Below are positions 29,893 to 39,858 of a stretch of 64,000 bases of DNA, one piece after another. The notes below the pieces were generated by a model, which was not told where the DNA came from, made no database searches, and saw only the letters and a list, made by a program, of their open reading frames with translations. The position numbers and the translations under genes were made by a program. The first letter of the stretch is position 1, and every line of letters starts with the position of its first letter. Source of the DNA: Bdellovibrionales bacterium (GTDB lineage Bacteria > Bdellovibrionota > Bdellovibrionia > Bdellovibrionales > UBA840); contig JBGCGH010000027.1 of NCBI GenBank assembly GCA_045110695.1, positions 20,219 through 84,218 of the forward strand, written 5' to 3'.

Positions 29893-30632
29893 TAGTTTAC
29901 CTCCTGGACTATAGCTAAATTACCTAGCTTTTGTGACCGTGTGAGCATGGGTTCAATTTGTTTATAGAATTTTGGAAACCTTTTTTCGATAGAAAAGCGT
30001 TCCACAATAAAACCAGCTCGGTCTAAATTTCCTAATTCAATATGAGATTTTAGTAAAATTTTAATTAAGGTTCTTGGAACATTGTTGGTGTATTTGTCTA
30101 AATAACTTACAACTAATGAATGCTTCTCCTGTGCGTAAGCATCTTTAGCCAACCAAACCCTCGCGTCTATTAAATTTGGTTTTCGCGATATCACGTTTTC
30201 CAAAACAGATCGTTTCTCAGCAATGTTTAAGCCTTGGCTGAGTCGTAGGTTCTGATAAGTATACAGAGCCTCATCAGGACTTTCGGCCAGAGCCTTATCT
30301 ATATGCCACCTAGATTTTTCTTTGTTTCCTTGAGCCTCATTGATCAAAGAATAGTAATAGTGGCCAAGACCAGCGCTCCCAGGTCGCCTAAACAGTTCTA
30401 AAATTTGTGTTTTTGCGGTTTTGTGTTTTTTTGCATTTACACATTTATTAATTTCGTCTACTAAATTAGAAGTAGTAAGCTCCGCATAACTTTTTTGCCA
30501 TTTACAGCTTTTGCTCATCTCTTTTTTAGACTGAACAGCACCTAAGTTTATTTGCTTAGACTTTTTCTGTTTTGTAGCATTACAGGCCGATATTGTTATT
30601 GCAGTAAGTCCGAGTAGCATGATCTTAAACAT
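29892..30632 (-). CDS. GltE-like TPR lipoprotein
   Basis: ATG 30632 after GGAGGTGG; lipobox ISAC; TPR-like helices; operon position. Confidence 0.65.
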   Translation of the reverse strand: MFKIMLLGLTAITISACNATKQKKSKQINLGAVQSKKEMSKSCKWQKSYAELTTSNLVDEINKCVNAKKHKTAKTQILELFRRPGSAGLGHYYYSLINEAQGNKEKSRWHIDKALAESPDEALYTYQNLRLSQGLNIAEKRSVLENVISRKPNLIDARVWLAKDAYAQEKHSLVVSYLDKYTNNVPRTLIKILLKSHIELGNLDRAGFIVERFSIEKRFPKFYKQIEPMLTRSQKLGNLAIVQEVN

Positions 30633-33489
30633 TGTCCACCTCCGGGAAATATACACCGAGTTCGGTGTCTTTACCCTTTTCAGGTTTTGAATCAATCTTT
30701 TGAGTCTTAGATTTCATTCCCCATTTAGATAAAAGGCTTTTATTACTTTCGCTAAGATCGATTGGAATACCTTCCACTACAAGATCAGCAAGTGACTCTT
30801 GGAATTCTAGTCTTTTAGTTAAAAGAGGTTGAATCATGCCTTTTAGTTCTTTTTTTAAGCCGTCTACTTCCTCAGGAGTTGCATCTTTGACAGAGAACTT
30901 GTCAAAATCTGCCTCTAAACCATTATATAGTTTAACTAAAGAAATATAGGCATCTATTGCGATTTCTTTGTAACCATAACGAATACTAGATTCTAAGGCT
31001 TTTTGTGCTTTTTCAAACTTTTCTAACTTCATTGCAACAACGGTTTCCAATCTAGATGCTCTAGTTTTCACAGACTGTTTGTGAAACTCATCAGCGAGTA
31101 TTTTCGCTTGAATTAGTCTAGCCTTCGCTCTAAATGGTTTAGAAGACTCTAACTTTTGTTTTAAAACCTTACCTGCTTGCGTAAAAGCCTTGGGGAATTT
31201 ATTTTTTCTAAAATTATTAGCTGCCCAAGAGTACAAAATTTCCGTGCTCATTGGTTCTAAGTTTTTATCCAAAATCACCTGATTGATCTCTTTGAGTAGA
31301 GCTTTGTTTTTGCCAGCATCCACTTTAAGGCGACGGGCTAGCTCTAGTTGACCTGAGCTTCTATCTTTCATTTTATTTAGTAGACGCATATGGATTTTGA
31401 AAGCCTTTTGAGAGTTACCCAAGGCTCTATATAATCCACCAGTCTCGACAATCCAGGCCTTACTGTTTTCTTTATCTACTTTAGAAAGTGAATTAGCAAT
31501 TCCCACAGCCAAAGCAAGTTGATCTTTTACTATATAAACTCTATAAGCCAAAAGAAGAGCCTCTTTCTGTCTTTTATTGTGTTTCTTAAAGTACTCAGGC
31601 AGGTTTTTAGATAGCAGTGAATAGTCTTTTGATTTTTCAAACAGTACTAATGCATTCCAATAGGAATCCTCTGCTAGTTCCACATCAGTCGTAGTCTTAG
31701 CAAAATTTAAATAAGCCTTTGCTTTAGTTTTTTGCCCTAAAACACTATCCTTTGAAAGATATGTAAAGTAAGAATCGTTATAAATTTTTGTTAAATATTG
31801 CTTTCTCTTCTTAAGTTTAGCTTTAGAAGCAAGATCTTTGGAATAATCCGCAAGAAGTTTGTCTTTTTCAAATTTGCCCAAAAGACTCATATAAACATCC
31901 TGTGCTTTTACACCCTGAGACTTATGAGCATATTTTCTACCCAACTCCTTAAATAAAGGCATCGCTTCTTCAAATCTACCTCTTTCATAAATAATATATA
32001 CTCTTTTAAACTCTACATCCTCTACATACTTCCCCTTAGGGTTCTTACCGATGTATAAATTTGCGAGCTCTAGGTAACGGTCCTCGTCTTTTTCCTGCCA
32101 TTTGTCATTGATACTTTTTTGGAAGGAAAATATAGCAGAGTAACTGATATCGTGAATACTCTTCTTTCCTTTAGCAACAAGTGCTGATTTAAAATACATA
32201 TCACTAGCATCTCTAAACATTTTGTTTTGAAATAGTAGGTTTGCGTAGTTATTCAAAGACTTAAAGTCCTTAGGAAAACGTCTTTCCCGAATAGAATATG
32301 CAACCCGAGCTTGTTCAAACACTTTCGGTGTCTTAAGTTTACTCCACTTTTTATGCCATTTATTTGATAACCTAGTTGTCCATGCAGAAATTATTTCACT
32401 ACAATCGTCTAATGTACCGGCATTCTTTTTTCCCCAGCTTGAATCCAAAAGACATAAGTCATCCAATCTATTTAATGCACTTATAGTTTTTCCAGTTTGT
32501 TTGGTGTCCTCAAAAGTCTTAAAGATCGAGTTCGAGAAATTTGGGAGCTTAGGATCTAGAGGAAGTTCTTTGTAAACGGAGTAGTATAACTTCTGTTCGT
32601 CCTCTAGCTTACTATGTCGATTATAAAGCCTAGAAAGCCTATAGACAAACTCACCAGTCTTTTCTTTAGCTAATGGCTTGAAAAAAGCGACAGCCGATTC
32701 TGGTGGATATATATCACCATAAAAAAGAACTAAATCGGTAAGAGCCTCAGAGGAAAGATCCAGTCTTTTACGATCTCCTTCAAGAAGCCTAGACATATTC
32801 ACAACTTCAACTAGCTCATTAATGGCAATTTTGGTTGTGTTTAGGTTATATCTTGCCCAAGCAAGCTTGTACTTTCCGTAAAGTAAAACTGGAGAATTTT
32901 TGTAATTTTTAATTGCCTCAAAACTCTCAGCCGAGGAATTGAATTTTTTAAGATTAAAATAAATTTCTCCTGTGGCCAAGTAAGCCTCAGGGACCACAGG
33001 TGAATCTGGAAAATTATTGGTTACCTTTTTATAATTGCTGAGGGCTGTTTTCTCTTTTCCAAGCCGCTGGTAGGCAAAGGCCATATTAAAGTGAACCATA
33101 TCTAGCGAGTGAAAATCTTTATATTTTTTGGCAATACCAGTGTAAATTTTAATGGCTTTTTTAACACTTTGCTTAGAACTACGATCCATTTTCATTTTCT
33201 TAGCATTTCCGGCCTGGAATTCAAAAAATCGTTCGACCTTTGCGGCTCTCATGTAAAGTTCTGCTTTTCTAAAAAGTAAGCCCGCCTCCATTCCTGTACC
33301 GCGATATTTTCTCAATAGCTTGTCTATTTGTGACATAGCCTTTTTTTCATTTAAATAAATTAAACTTTCAATTTTCTTAGTATTTGCTTCTGATGCATTA
33401 AATCCACCTACGGATTTGATTTTGTCTACAAAATCAGAAGCCTGTAAATTTAAGCTTATTAAAGTAAGTACTAAGATCCAAAGCTTCAT
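30625..33489 (-). CDS. GltD (AgmU)-like large periplasmic TPR protein
   Basis: Signal peptide; LLFRKAELY, FPDSP...GEIYF, YKLAW..YNL TPR motifs; follows the motor genes. Confidence 0.82.
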   Translation of the reverse strand: MKLWILVLTLISLNLQASDFVDKIKSVGGFNASEANTKKIESLIYLNEKKAMSQIDKLLRKYRGTGMEAGLLFRKAELYMRAAKVERFFEFQAGNAKKMKMDRSSKQSVKKAIKIYTGIAKKYKDFHSLDMVHFNMAFAYQRLGKEKTALSNYKKVTNNFPDSPVVPEAYLATGEIYFNLKKFNSSAESFEAIKNYKNSPVLLYGKYKLAWARYNLNTTKIAINELVEVVNMSRLLEGDRKRLDLSSEALTDLVLFYGDIYPPESAVAFFKPLAKEKTGEFVYRLSRLYNRHSKLEDEQKLYYSVYKELPLDPKLPNFSNSIFKTFEDTKQTGKTISALNRLDDLCLLDSSWGKKNAGTLDDCSEIISAWTTRLSNKWHKKWSKLKTPKVFEQARVAYSIRERRFPKDFKSLNNYANLLFQNKMFRDASDMYFKSALVAKGKKSIHDISYSAIFSFQKSINDKWQEKDEDRYLELANLYIGKNPKGKYVEDVEFKRVYIIYERGRFEEAMPLFKELGRKYAHKSQGVKAQDVYMSLLGKFEKDKLLADYSKDLASKAKLKKRKQYLTKIYNDSYFTYLSKDSVLGQKTKAKAYLNFAKTTTDVELAEDSYWNALVLFEKSKDYSLLSKNLPEYFKKHNKRQKEALLLAYRVYIVKDQLALAVGIANSLSKVDKENSKAWIVETGGLYRALGNSQKAFKIHMRLLNKMKDRSSGQLELARRLKVDAGKNKALLKEINQVILDKNLEPMSTEILYSWAANNFRKNKFPKAFTQAGKVLKQKLESSKPFRAKARLIQAKILADEFHKQSVKTRASRLETVVAMKLEKFEKAQKALESSIRYGYKEIAIDAYISLVKLYNGLEADFDKFSVKDATPEEVDGLKKELKGMIQPLLTKRLEFQESLADLVVEGIPIDLSESNKSLLSKWGMKSKTQKIDSKPEKGKDTELGVYFPEVDNV

Positions 33490-33490
33490 C

Positions 33491-33991
33491 TTATTCCATC
33501 CCTACCAGTCCAAATTTGACATTTGGAAAACCTGAAAGCATGGATGTATACATCACTGACTTCAGGGTTTTGTATGGTATAGTCTTATCTGCCTGAACAA
33601 TTATTTCACCTCTGAATTTATAGGCTGAGTTTTGCTCGGCGATTGATTTAGATTTTTGTTCTTCTTTCTTTAATCTATCGAATAATTCTGTAATAACCTT
33701 CTTGTTTTCGATGTCAGAACTTGCAAGCATCCCCTGATTCAAATTAACTAACTTTTCATCTTCAAGAAATATTGCCTCTCTACTAATTACCATTTTTACT
33801 GCTTCTCTTGGCTCAATTACAGCTGACGAAATGGGAATATCCAAATTATCTACCTGACTCAAAGCCACGGAGCTGGTTGTGTAGGATTTCAAAAGAAATA
33901 CTAACAATATGGTAAACATGTCCACCATTGCCGTTAACTGTAAACCGTAAGGAGCTTCTCTATTTCTCCATCGTCTTCTTACTTTAACCAT
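33491..33991 (-). CDS. ExbD/TolR-family motor subunit (AglS-like)
   Basis: LTAMVDMFTILLVFLL with conserved TM Asp; QADKTIPY. Confidence 0.9.
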   Translation of the reverse strand: MVKVRRRWRNREAPYGLQLTAMVDMFTILLVFLLKSYTTSSVALSQVDNLDIPISSAVIEPREAVKMVISREAIFLEDEKLVNLNQGMLASSDIENKKVITELFDRLKKEEQKSKSIAEQNSAYKFRGEIIVQADKTIPYKTLKSVMYTSMLSGFPNVKFGLVGME

Positions 33992-34540
33992 TTATCCCTC
34001 CACCACATTGGCAAAAAACACATTGGGTAGTAGTAGTTTTGTTGGAACTTTTGTATTTGTTTTTTTGTCTAAAATTTCTATTACCGGATCTTCGTTTTTT
34101 AAGTATCTGGCTTCATCTATTACTTCCACGATTTCATTGTATGCAACCGCATCCGCAGGCCTTATCTCTAAGCTAAAATGCATTGGATTTATTTTTTTAA
34201 TTCCAACTAGCTCTTTTCTAAATTTGCCTAAATAATTCTTAGTATTATCTTTTTTGAAACTAAAATTTTTCACCGTCTTACCGTTTTTCATATATTTTAG
34301 CTTTAATTTATCAGTATCAATATGTGCGATCAGTCGCATCTTCTTGTCTTTATTGTTTTTATCTTGCTCAACCGCCTCAGCAACAACCTGTGGTACTTTA
34401 GTTTCAATCACTACTAGCCTTACAAATGCTATAGATAGTAATAGAAAAGGAACCAATGCCACCATCATGTCCAGCATAGGAGCCAGGTTTAAATCAAAAC
34501 TGGCATCATCAATTCTTTGTCGCATAGATCGTACTTTCAT
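33992..34540 (-). CDS. ExbD/TolR-family motor subunit (AglQ-like)
   Basis: LNLAPMLDMMVALVPFLL; YNEIVEVID. Confidence 0.88.
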   Translation of the reverse strand: MKVRSMRQRIDDASFDLNLAPMLDMMVALVPFLLLSIAFVRLVVIETKVPQVVAEAVEQDKNNKDKKMRLIAHIDTDKLKLKYMKNGKTVKNFSFKKDNTKNYLGKFRKELVGIKKINPMHFSLEIRPADAVAYNEIVEVIDEARYLKNEDPVIEILDKKTNTKVPTKLLLPNVFFANVVEG

Positions 34541-34555
34541 TATATAGTTCCCCTT

Positions 34556-35278
34556 TTAGGATACTTTATTAGTCGGTGGAGTATTTACATCACCAGAACT
34601 CTCTGGAGCACTGTTGGCCTGTGGGTGATAAACTGCATCCGCATCAAAACCCTGATAGGATCTGTGGGAAAGTAAATCAATCAACTTGCTAGAACTCTCC
34701 GTAACATCTTCCATAATACTGGACTGCTTAGAGTGTAAGAACGAGTAGATGACCATAATTGGAATCGCTACAGCAAGTCCAAAGGCAGTTGTATTCATTG
34801 AAGTCGAGATACCTTGAGCAAGAAGAGTTTGTTTTTGCGACGGATCGGCAAAACTCACAGCCTCGAAGGACATAATCAAACCTTGGATTGTACCAAGAAG
34901 ACCAATTAGGGTTGCCACATTTGAAACCATTGTTAAGTAGCCCATTCTTTTTGTGATTTTCGGAATCACCTCAGAAAAGGAAATATCTAGAGCTTGCTGA
35001 ATTGACTGATCGTCTCTATTAGCTCTTGATAGAACAGATTTAGTAATGTGTCCCATTGGAGCTTTTTCATGAGCAGCAGCAAAACTTATTGCCTCTTCTA
35101 TATTGTCAGATTTTATATAGCCACCAATCTTATTCAAAAATTCATGACTATTCATCGAGAAGGTGAAGTATAAAGCTTTCACTCGCTCAGCCGTAACAAC
35201 CAGTCCAAATCCACCTAAAGCAAGGATTGCCCAAATAGCAACTCCACCTTCTGTAACAATTTTAATAAAACCTTCCAT
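34556..35278 (-). CDS. MotA/TolQ/ExbB proton-channel protein (AglR-like)
   Basis: ATLIGLLGTIQGLI and GISTSMNTTAFGLAVAIP. Confidence 0.93.
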   Translation of the reverse strand: MEGFIKIVTEGGVAIWAILALGGFGLVVTAERVKALYFTFSMNSHEFLNKIGGYIKSDNIEEAISFAAAHEKAPMGHITKSVLSRANRDDQSIQQALDISFSEVIPKITKRMGYLTMVSNVATLIGLLGTIQGLIMSFEAVSFADPSQKQTLLAQGISTSMNTTAFGLAVAIPIMVIYSFLHSKQSSIMEDVTESSSKLIDLLSHRSYQGFDADAVYHPQANSAPESSGDVNTPPTNKVS

Positions 35279-35309
35279 AAAAATAACTCCTTAAGTTTTT
35301 AGTTTTTTC

Positions 35310-36272
35310 TTATAATTCAATAGGTTTAAAATCTATTTCTACTAATGTTGTGGAACGTGGAATCGCATCACCATGGAAGCGAATCGTGTTCAATTCTTCT
35401 ATATAGCTCCAACCGTTATCAGTACTTTGAGCTACTATTACGTTGTTCATTTTCACTACAATTGTACTTATATCTGGTTTTCTATCTAATTTTCGATCTG
35501 TGATAATAGTAACAAGCCGCTGATTAATGTTCTGTATTGCTAGGCTTAAATCTTCCTGGCAAATACTGTTGTTAGTACCTTCTGATAGATCTGCAATCTG
35601 AGGGTATTTTATACCTTTTAGTGGTAATCCAAATCTTGATTCGCAGCTATCATCGATTACTCCGACAAAGTTGGCCACCCAACCTCTATTGCCAGTTTTT
35701 AAATTTGGTCTGGCTATATCTAAAAAGTTTGCTAAGTCCTCTACAGATTCGGTGCTAGAGTCTCTTTCGTCAGAAACAAAGTTGATTACTAATAGTGAAT
35801 CCTCTCTTAGAAAACCAGAATTCTCGTTTCCTAATCGGTCAGGCTGAAGAGCTCTGATAACAGCTTCAAAAGCTCTTTCCGTATCACTATCCATTCTTAC
35901 ATCGCTGAACATAGATTTAAAGGCGGCGAGCTTGTTGGGAGTCGAAGTATTGATCACCTTAGTGTTACCTACAAATCTTCCACCACTAATTTCATTACGA
36001 GATCGTGCTGACATATCCATAGTGATGGTCGCCATATTGTAGTCGAGATCTTTTGACTCTAGTTGCTGAAATAATCTCTGAATATTTTGACTTAGTATTT
36101 CCCTGTCGGAATCCATGGACGCATTGGCATCAACAACCCATAGGATGTCTACTTTATCGTTATATTTTACTGCATCAAAAGTATCATTTACATCTGAGAA
36201 ATCAAATGCGATTCCCTGACACCCTAGATTCATTGTTATAAGCACAAGTAGGCTAAGTTTAATAAAGCTCAT
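35310..36272 (-). CDS. VWA-domain lipoprotein, putative gliding adhesin (CglB/CglD-like role)
   Basis: ATG 36272, lipobox NLGC; KVDILWVVDANASM, GFLREDS.L...VSDERD. Confidence 0.7.
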   Translation of the reverse strand: MSFIKLSLLVLITMNLGCQGIAFDFSDVNDTFDAVKYNDKVDILWVVDANASMDSDREILSQNIQRLFQQLESKDLDYNMATITMDMSARSRNEISGGRFVGNTKVINTSTPNKLAAFKSMFSDVRMDSDTERAFEAVIRALQPDRLGNENSGFLREDSLLVINFVSDERDSSTESVEDLANFLDIARPNLKTGNRGWVANFVGVIDDSCESRFGLPLKGIKYPQIADLSEGTNNSICQEDLSLAIQNINQRLVTIITDRKLDRKPDISTIVVKMNNVIVAQSTDNGWSYIEELNTIRFHGDAIPRSTTLVEIDFKPIEL

Positions 36273-36352
36273 TTCTGCATCCTCTGTTCTGTTAATTCTA
36301 AGCTCTCTAAACGATCTACATACAACAAGAGCGGTATTCTCCAAAATACCTT

Positions 36353-37240
36353 CTATAAATTATTAACTATTTGGTTTAATTTCCTTTTTAAGTCTTCGTC
36401 TGTACTCATGAATTCCAAACCATACGGAATTTTAGTACTCATTGAATTTACTTTTCCAATAAATTTCTTTGAAACTATCTTAGCCTTAACATTAAAGGCA
36501 GGTTGATAGTTACCACCCTTAAAATGAAGCCACAGTTCCTGACCGGGCTTCAGCATCGCATTTTTCATAGAAATACCAGCACCGCCTGTACCTATTTGAT
36601 AACAATCACCCAACCACATTCTATGGTTGTCATGAACGATCACCTCAGACTTATAAGACTTCCTAGAGTGTTTTCTGATTTGGAAATTTGAAATGCTTTT
36701 TTCATCAGAAAATAGCTTTTTAATAGAAGACTCTTGAAAATCGTCAATCTCAGTCAATCTAGCCCAATCTGAAAAACCTTGCTTCCATATATAGTCAAAA
36801 CTTTGTAGCTGGTTACTTTGCATCAATTGAACGATGGCCGTTGTTTCAAATGGTCCAAACCTTTCACCATTTTTTAAAATATACCAATTCCCATCACCCG
36901 TTAAAGTTTTTAGAGAAGACTCTTGAGTGTTCAATGAATAATTGGTTTCAGTAGCATCTTTTCGAGGCTCAACATTTTCTGAAAAGCCTTGCTCTGATGG
37001 CTTAGATTCCGCTTTCGGAGTTGTTTTTTTACTAGGAGCCGGTATCTTAGGCTTATTTGCAGCTTTGTAAGCAGACATGATCTGTGTCATTTCCATAAGC
37101 ATTTGCCAGTCTTGTTCTACATCATTAAAAACAAAATCAGTAGGGTCTAACTGTTTTTCCTTAAGCATAGCAACTACTTCGTTCAAGCTGAACGGCCCCT
37201 GGTTTTCTCCATTTTTACTAATGTTAAATTGTTCCTGCAT
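36353..37240 (-). CDS. GYF_2-GYF_2-PilZ domain protein
   Basis: GENQGPFS...W and WYILKNGERFGPF...IWKQGFSDW; RKHSR motif then PilZ barrel ending YGLEF. Confidence 0.82.
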   Translation of the reverse strand: MQEQFNISKNGENQGPFSLNEVVAMLKEKQLDPTDFVFNDVEQDWQMLMEMTQIMSAYKAANKPKIPAPSKKTTPKAESKPSEQGFSENVEPRKDATETNYSLNTQESSLKTLTGDGNWYILKNGERFGPFETTAIVQLMQSNQLQSFDYIWKQGFSDWARLTEIDDFQESSIKKLFSDEKSISNFQIRKHSRKSYKSEVIVHDNHRMWLGDCYQIGTGGAGISMKNAMLKPGQELWLHFKGGNYQPAFNVKAKIVSKKFIGKVNSMSTKIPYGLEFMSTDEDLKRKLNQIVNNL

Positions 37241-37336
37241 TACTCCACCTCATTAAAAATTTTCTCCCTACGGAGATCATGAGTTCTATTCCGGAGCTTA
37301 CAGGCGTGTGAAAAGAATAGACTTTTGTATATTGAA

Positions 37337-37363
37337 CTATCGGCTAGTTTAGAACGTTCTTAA
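37337..37363 (-). promoter_or_regulatory. Sigma28 (FliA)-like promoter of the gliding operon
   Basis: Minus strand reads TTAA-N15-GCCGATAG versus consensus TAAA-N15-GCCGATAA. Confidence 0.65.
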
Positions 37364-37570
37364 AGCATATTTTGCAGTAGAGCGACAACAAATTGATGGC
37401 CCGTAAAGAAGTTGGACATTTTTGAGATAATATTAGGGCCATATCTATAAGATGTAATATTATGATACTAGCGCAAATCAAGATTAAAAATGATTTGAAC
37501 AATTAAAACTACATTTCTTTACGAAAAACTAAATCTGGATATGTATCATTGTGAAACTAGTTCTCAATTT

Positions 37571-37616
37571 TACTAGGTTCATATTTAGATCCAAGGAAAT
37601 CAATATGAACCAAGTA
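37571..37616. repeat. Long imperfect inverted repeat / hairpin
   Basis: TACTAGGTTCATATT...AATATGAACCAAGTA with a perfect 10-bp core GGTTCATATT/AATATGAACC. Confidence 0.7.
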
Positions 37617-37656
37617 GGTAAATCAATTATTTAAGAATAGTTTGTTGTGACAAGAA

Positions 37657-38388
37657 TTATTTAAACTGGAAAGAATCTATCACCGTAGCAGATTCAGGGA
37701 CTTCTGTATCTCCCATATGGTAAGTATCAAAATGAACTATGTGCATTTTTTCTCCGAAAGTTTCGGCTAGCACTAGATTTTTAGGCTCATTATCAATAAA
37801 AATAATCTTTTTAAAGCCCTCATCATAGCAAGATTGTATATAGTCCCGTTTGAATTCTGCATCGTTCATTGATTTCTCGGGCTTTAAAACAAGACTTACT
37901 TTTTCACAGGGATCACCGGAAGGAAAAAAGTCATGCTTCTTCAAAGTATCATGGGTTCCTTCGCCCATTCTAGCTACATCTCTCCCCGTAAGATAGCGAA
38001 TGTAAGCCCCTCGCTCAAAAAGATCGTGAACAAAGTCTACAGCCATATCTTCCACAAGATCATACTTTAGGTAGTCATTTGAGAAAAAACGCTCTGCCCA
38101 GTAGGGGTAGAAAACATCTTCAAAATCAGAATCAATCTCTTTAACGCCATAATTTTTTATGCAATCCACCGGATAAAATGTCATATGATCTTCATCTAAC
38201 TGTGAGAGGGCTTCGCATTCTTTAGGGAATTGGTTTAGAAATCTTTCAACCTCTGAAAACTCACGGAAAATTTTTAGCTGCCTTTCCGTTAGATCATAAA
38301 TAGTTGAATCCAAATCAAGTATTATAAGAGTCATCGGCTCTGATGCTATTTGCTGGATAATCTCTTTATATAAATTTTTAATAGCCAT
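37657..38388 (-). CDS. HAD-superfamily phosphatase
   Basis: ILDLDSTI (DxD), LTGR, FIDNEPKN. Confidence 0.85.
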   Translation of the reverse strand: MAIKNLYKEIIQQIASEPMTLIILDLDSTIYDLTERQLKIFREFSEVERFLNQFPKECEALSQLDEDHMTFYPVDCIKNYGVKEIDSDFEDVFYPYWAERFFSNDYLKYDLVEDMAVDFVHDLFERGAYIRYLTGRDVARMGEGTHDTLKKHDFFPSGDPCEKVSLVLKPEKSMNDAEFKRDYIQSCYDEGFKKIIFIDNEPKNLVLAETFGEKMHIVHFDTYHMGDTEVPESATVIDSFQFK

Positions 38389-38935
38389 TTATTTTTTCCT
38401 CTATAGTTGGAAGACAAAACAATAAAGAAGCTAATACTAGGGAGTGTTTAATTTCTTTATTTTGAATTAGTGCTTTCAATTCTGATAAGCTAAACTCTTT
38501 AACCTCAATGTCTTCAAATTCATCCAATGATTGTTCACAACGAACCTCAACTCCCATTGCTAAAAAACAATGGATAAAGTTCTTTTGAAGAGCGGGATTA
38601 GGGTTATGAGAAATAATTAAGTCCATTTTCTCAAAACTAGAACCAGTCTCTTCTAATAGCTCTCTGGCTGCCGCTTGATCAGCACTCTCACCCTCGTCTA
38701 CCACACCGCCTGGTATTTCCCAGTGAAACTCTCTGTTCCCATGACGGTACTGTCGAATAAGTTGAACCTTAGAGCCTTTTGTAATTGGTACGATTTGCAC
38801 CCAATCTGATAACTCAAACCGGTAGTAGTCTGACATTAAACGGCCATCTGGAAGTTCACAGCGCTCAGAAACCATAGTAAAAAATGGGGTTTTAATGAGT
38901 TCTTTAGTATCTAAAATTTTCCAATGCTTAGCCAT
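38378..38935 (-). CDS. NUDIX hydrolase (ADP-ribose pyrophosphatase-like)
   Basis: QYRH...EIPGGVVDEGESADQAAARELLEETG Nudix box. Confidence 0.92.
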   Translation of the reverse strand: MAKHWKILDTKELIKTPFFTMVSERCELPDGRLMSDYYRFELSDWVQIVPITKGSKVQLIRQYRHGNREFHWEIPGGVVDEGESADQAAARELLEETGSSFEKMDLIISHNPNPALQKNFIHCFLAMGVEVRCEQSLDEFEDIEVKEFSLSELKALIQNKEIKHSLVLASLLFCLPTIEEKINGY

Positions 38936-38964
38936 GGCTTGCAGTCTAGTACCTAGCCGTTATA

Positions 38965-39858
38965 TTGTCATTAATATCACGGAGGGTCACGTTGATGGAT
39001 TCAATAGAAAATCTCAAAAATATCAATAGTTTACAGAACATTGCTAATACCTCACCTAGTAAAGCACCAGGTTTGAATAAACGCATCTCAGAAATGGATA
39101 TTGATAAAATTGAGAAACGTATTTTTAGATCTACTGGACAAGCCATTCAAGACTTTAATATGATCGAGGATGGAGACAAAATCCTGGTGGCTATAAGCGG
39201 CGGTAAAGATTCTTGGGTACTTCTGTATCTTTTAAAGGAACTAAAAAAGCGCGCGCCTATTCACTTTGACTTTGTGGCCCTTAATATTGACCAAGGTTAT
39301 CGTGGTTTTCGCCAAGATATCATTGAGGAGTGGATGGAAGATAGTGGCTTTGAGTATAAATCTGAGGCCTTTGACATAGCCGGTATCGTCGAGGAAAAAA
39401 ACCAAAACAAATCACCTTGCTCCCTATGTGCCCGACTAAGACGAGGGAGCCTTTATGGATTTGCTGAAAAATACAATTGTAATAAAATTGCCCTCGGTCA
39501 CCATGCTGACGATCTTATTGAAACTTTATTGCTGAATCAGTTCTTTATTGGAAAAACTGCGAGTATGGCCCCCAAACTTATCTCAGACGACAAAAAAAAT
39601 ATTGTAATACGACCAATGAGCTATGTTTTTGAGGCTGAAATCAGACGGCTTGCAACACACTTAGGGTTCCCCATCATCTGTTGCAACTGCCCTTTGATGT
39701 GTGGTGATGCAGAAGCGGTGGATTCTAAAAGAAAGTATATTAAAAATCTTTTAGGAGTGATGGAATCTTATATTCCCGACATTCGAAAATCTCTACTTAC
39801 TAGTATGACCAAGGTTGAGCCGAGCCACTTAATGGATCACCGTTGGATGAATCCTTAA
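38965..39858 (+). CDS. ttcA: tRNA 2-thiocytidine(32) synthetase (likely start ATG 38995)
   Basis: SGGKDS PP-loop, [24 protein letters not shown]-terminal Cys cluster. Confidence 0.92.
   Translation: MSLISRRVTLMDSIENLKNINSLQNIANTSPSKAPGLNKRISEMDIDKIEKRIFRSTGQAIQDFNMIEDGDKILVAISGGKDSWVLLYLLKELKKRAPIHFDFVALNIDQGYRGFRQDIIEEWMEDSGFEYKSEAFDIAGIVEEKNQNKSPCSLCARLRRGSLYGFAEKYNCNKIALGHHADDLIETLLLNQFFIGKTASMAPKLISDDKKNIVIRPMSYVFEAEIRRLATHLGFPIICCNCPLMCGDAEAVDSKRKYIKNLLGVMESYIPDIRKSLLTSMTKVEPSHLMDHRWMNP

Noticed and set aside
37241-37330. c-di-GMP riboswitch in the gliding-operon leader
   Set aside because: Only short hairpins are present; the GEMM-type conserved elements are not seen.
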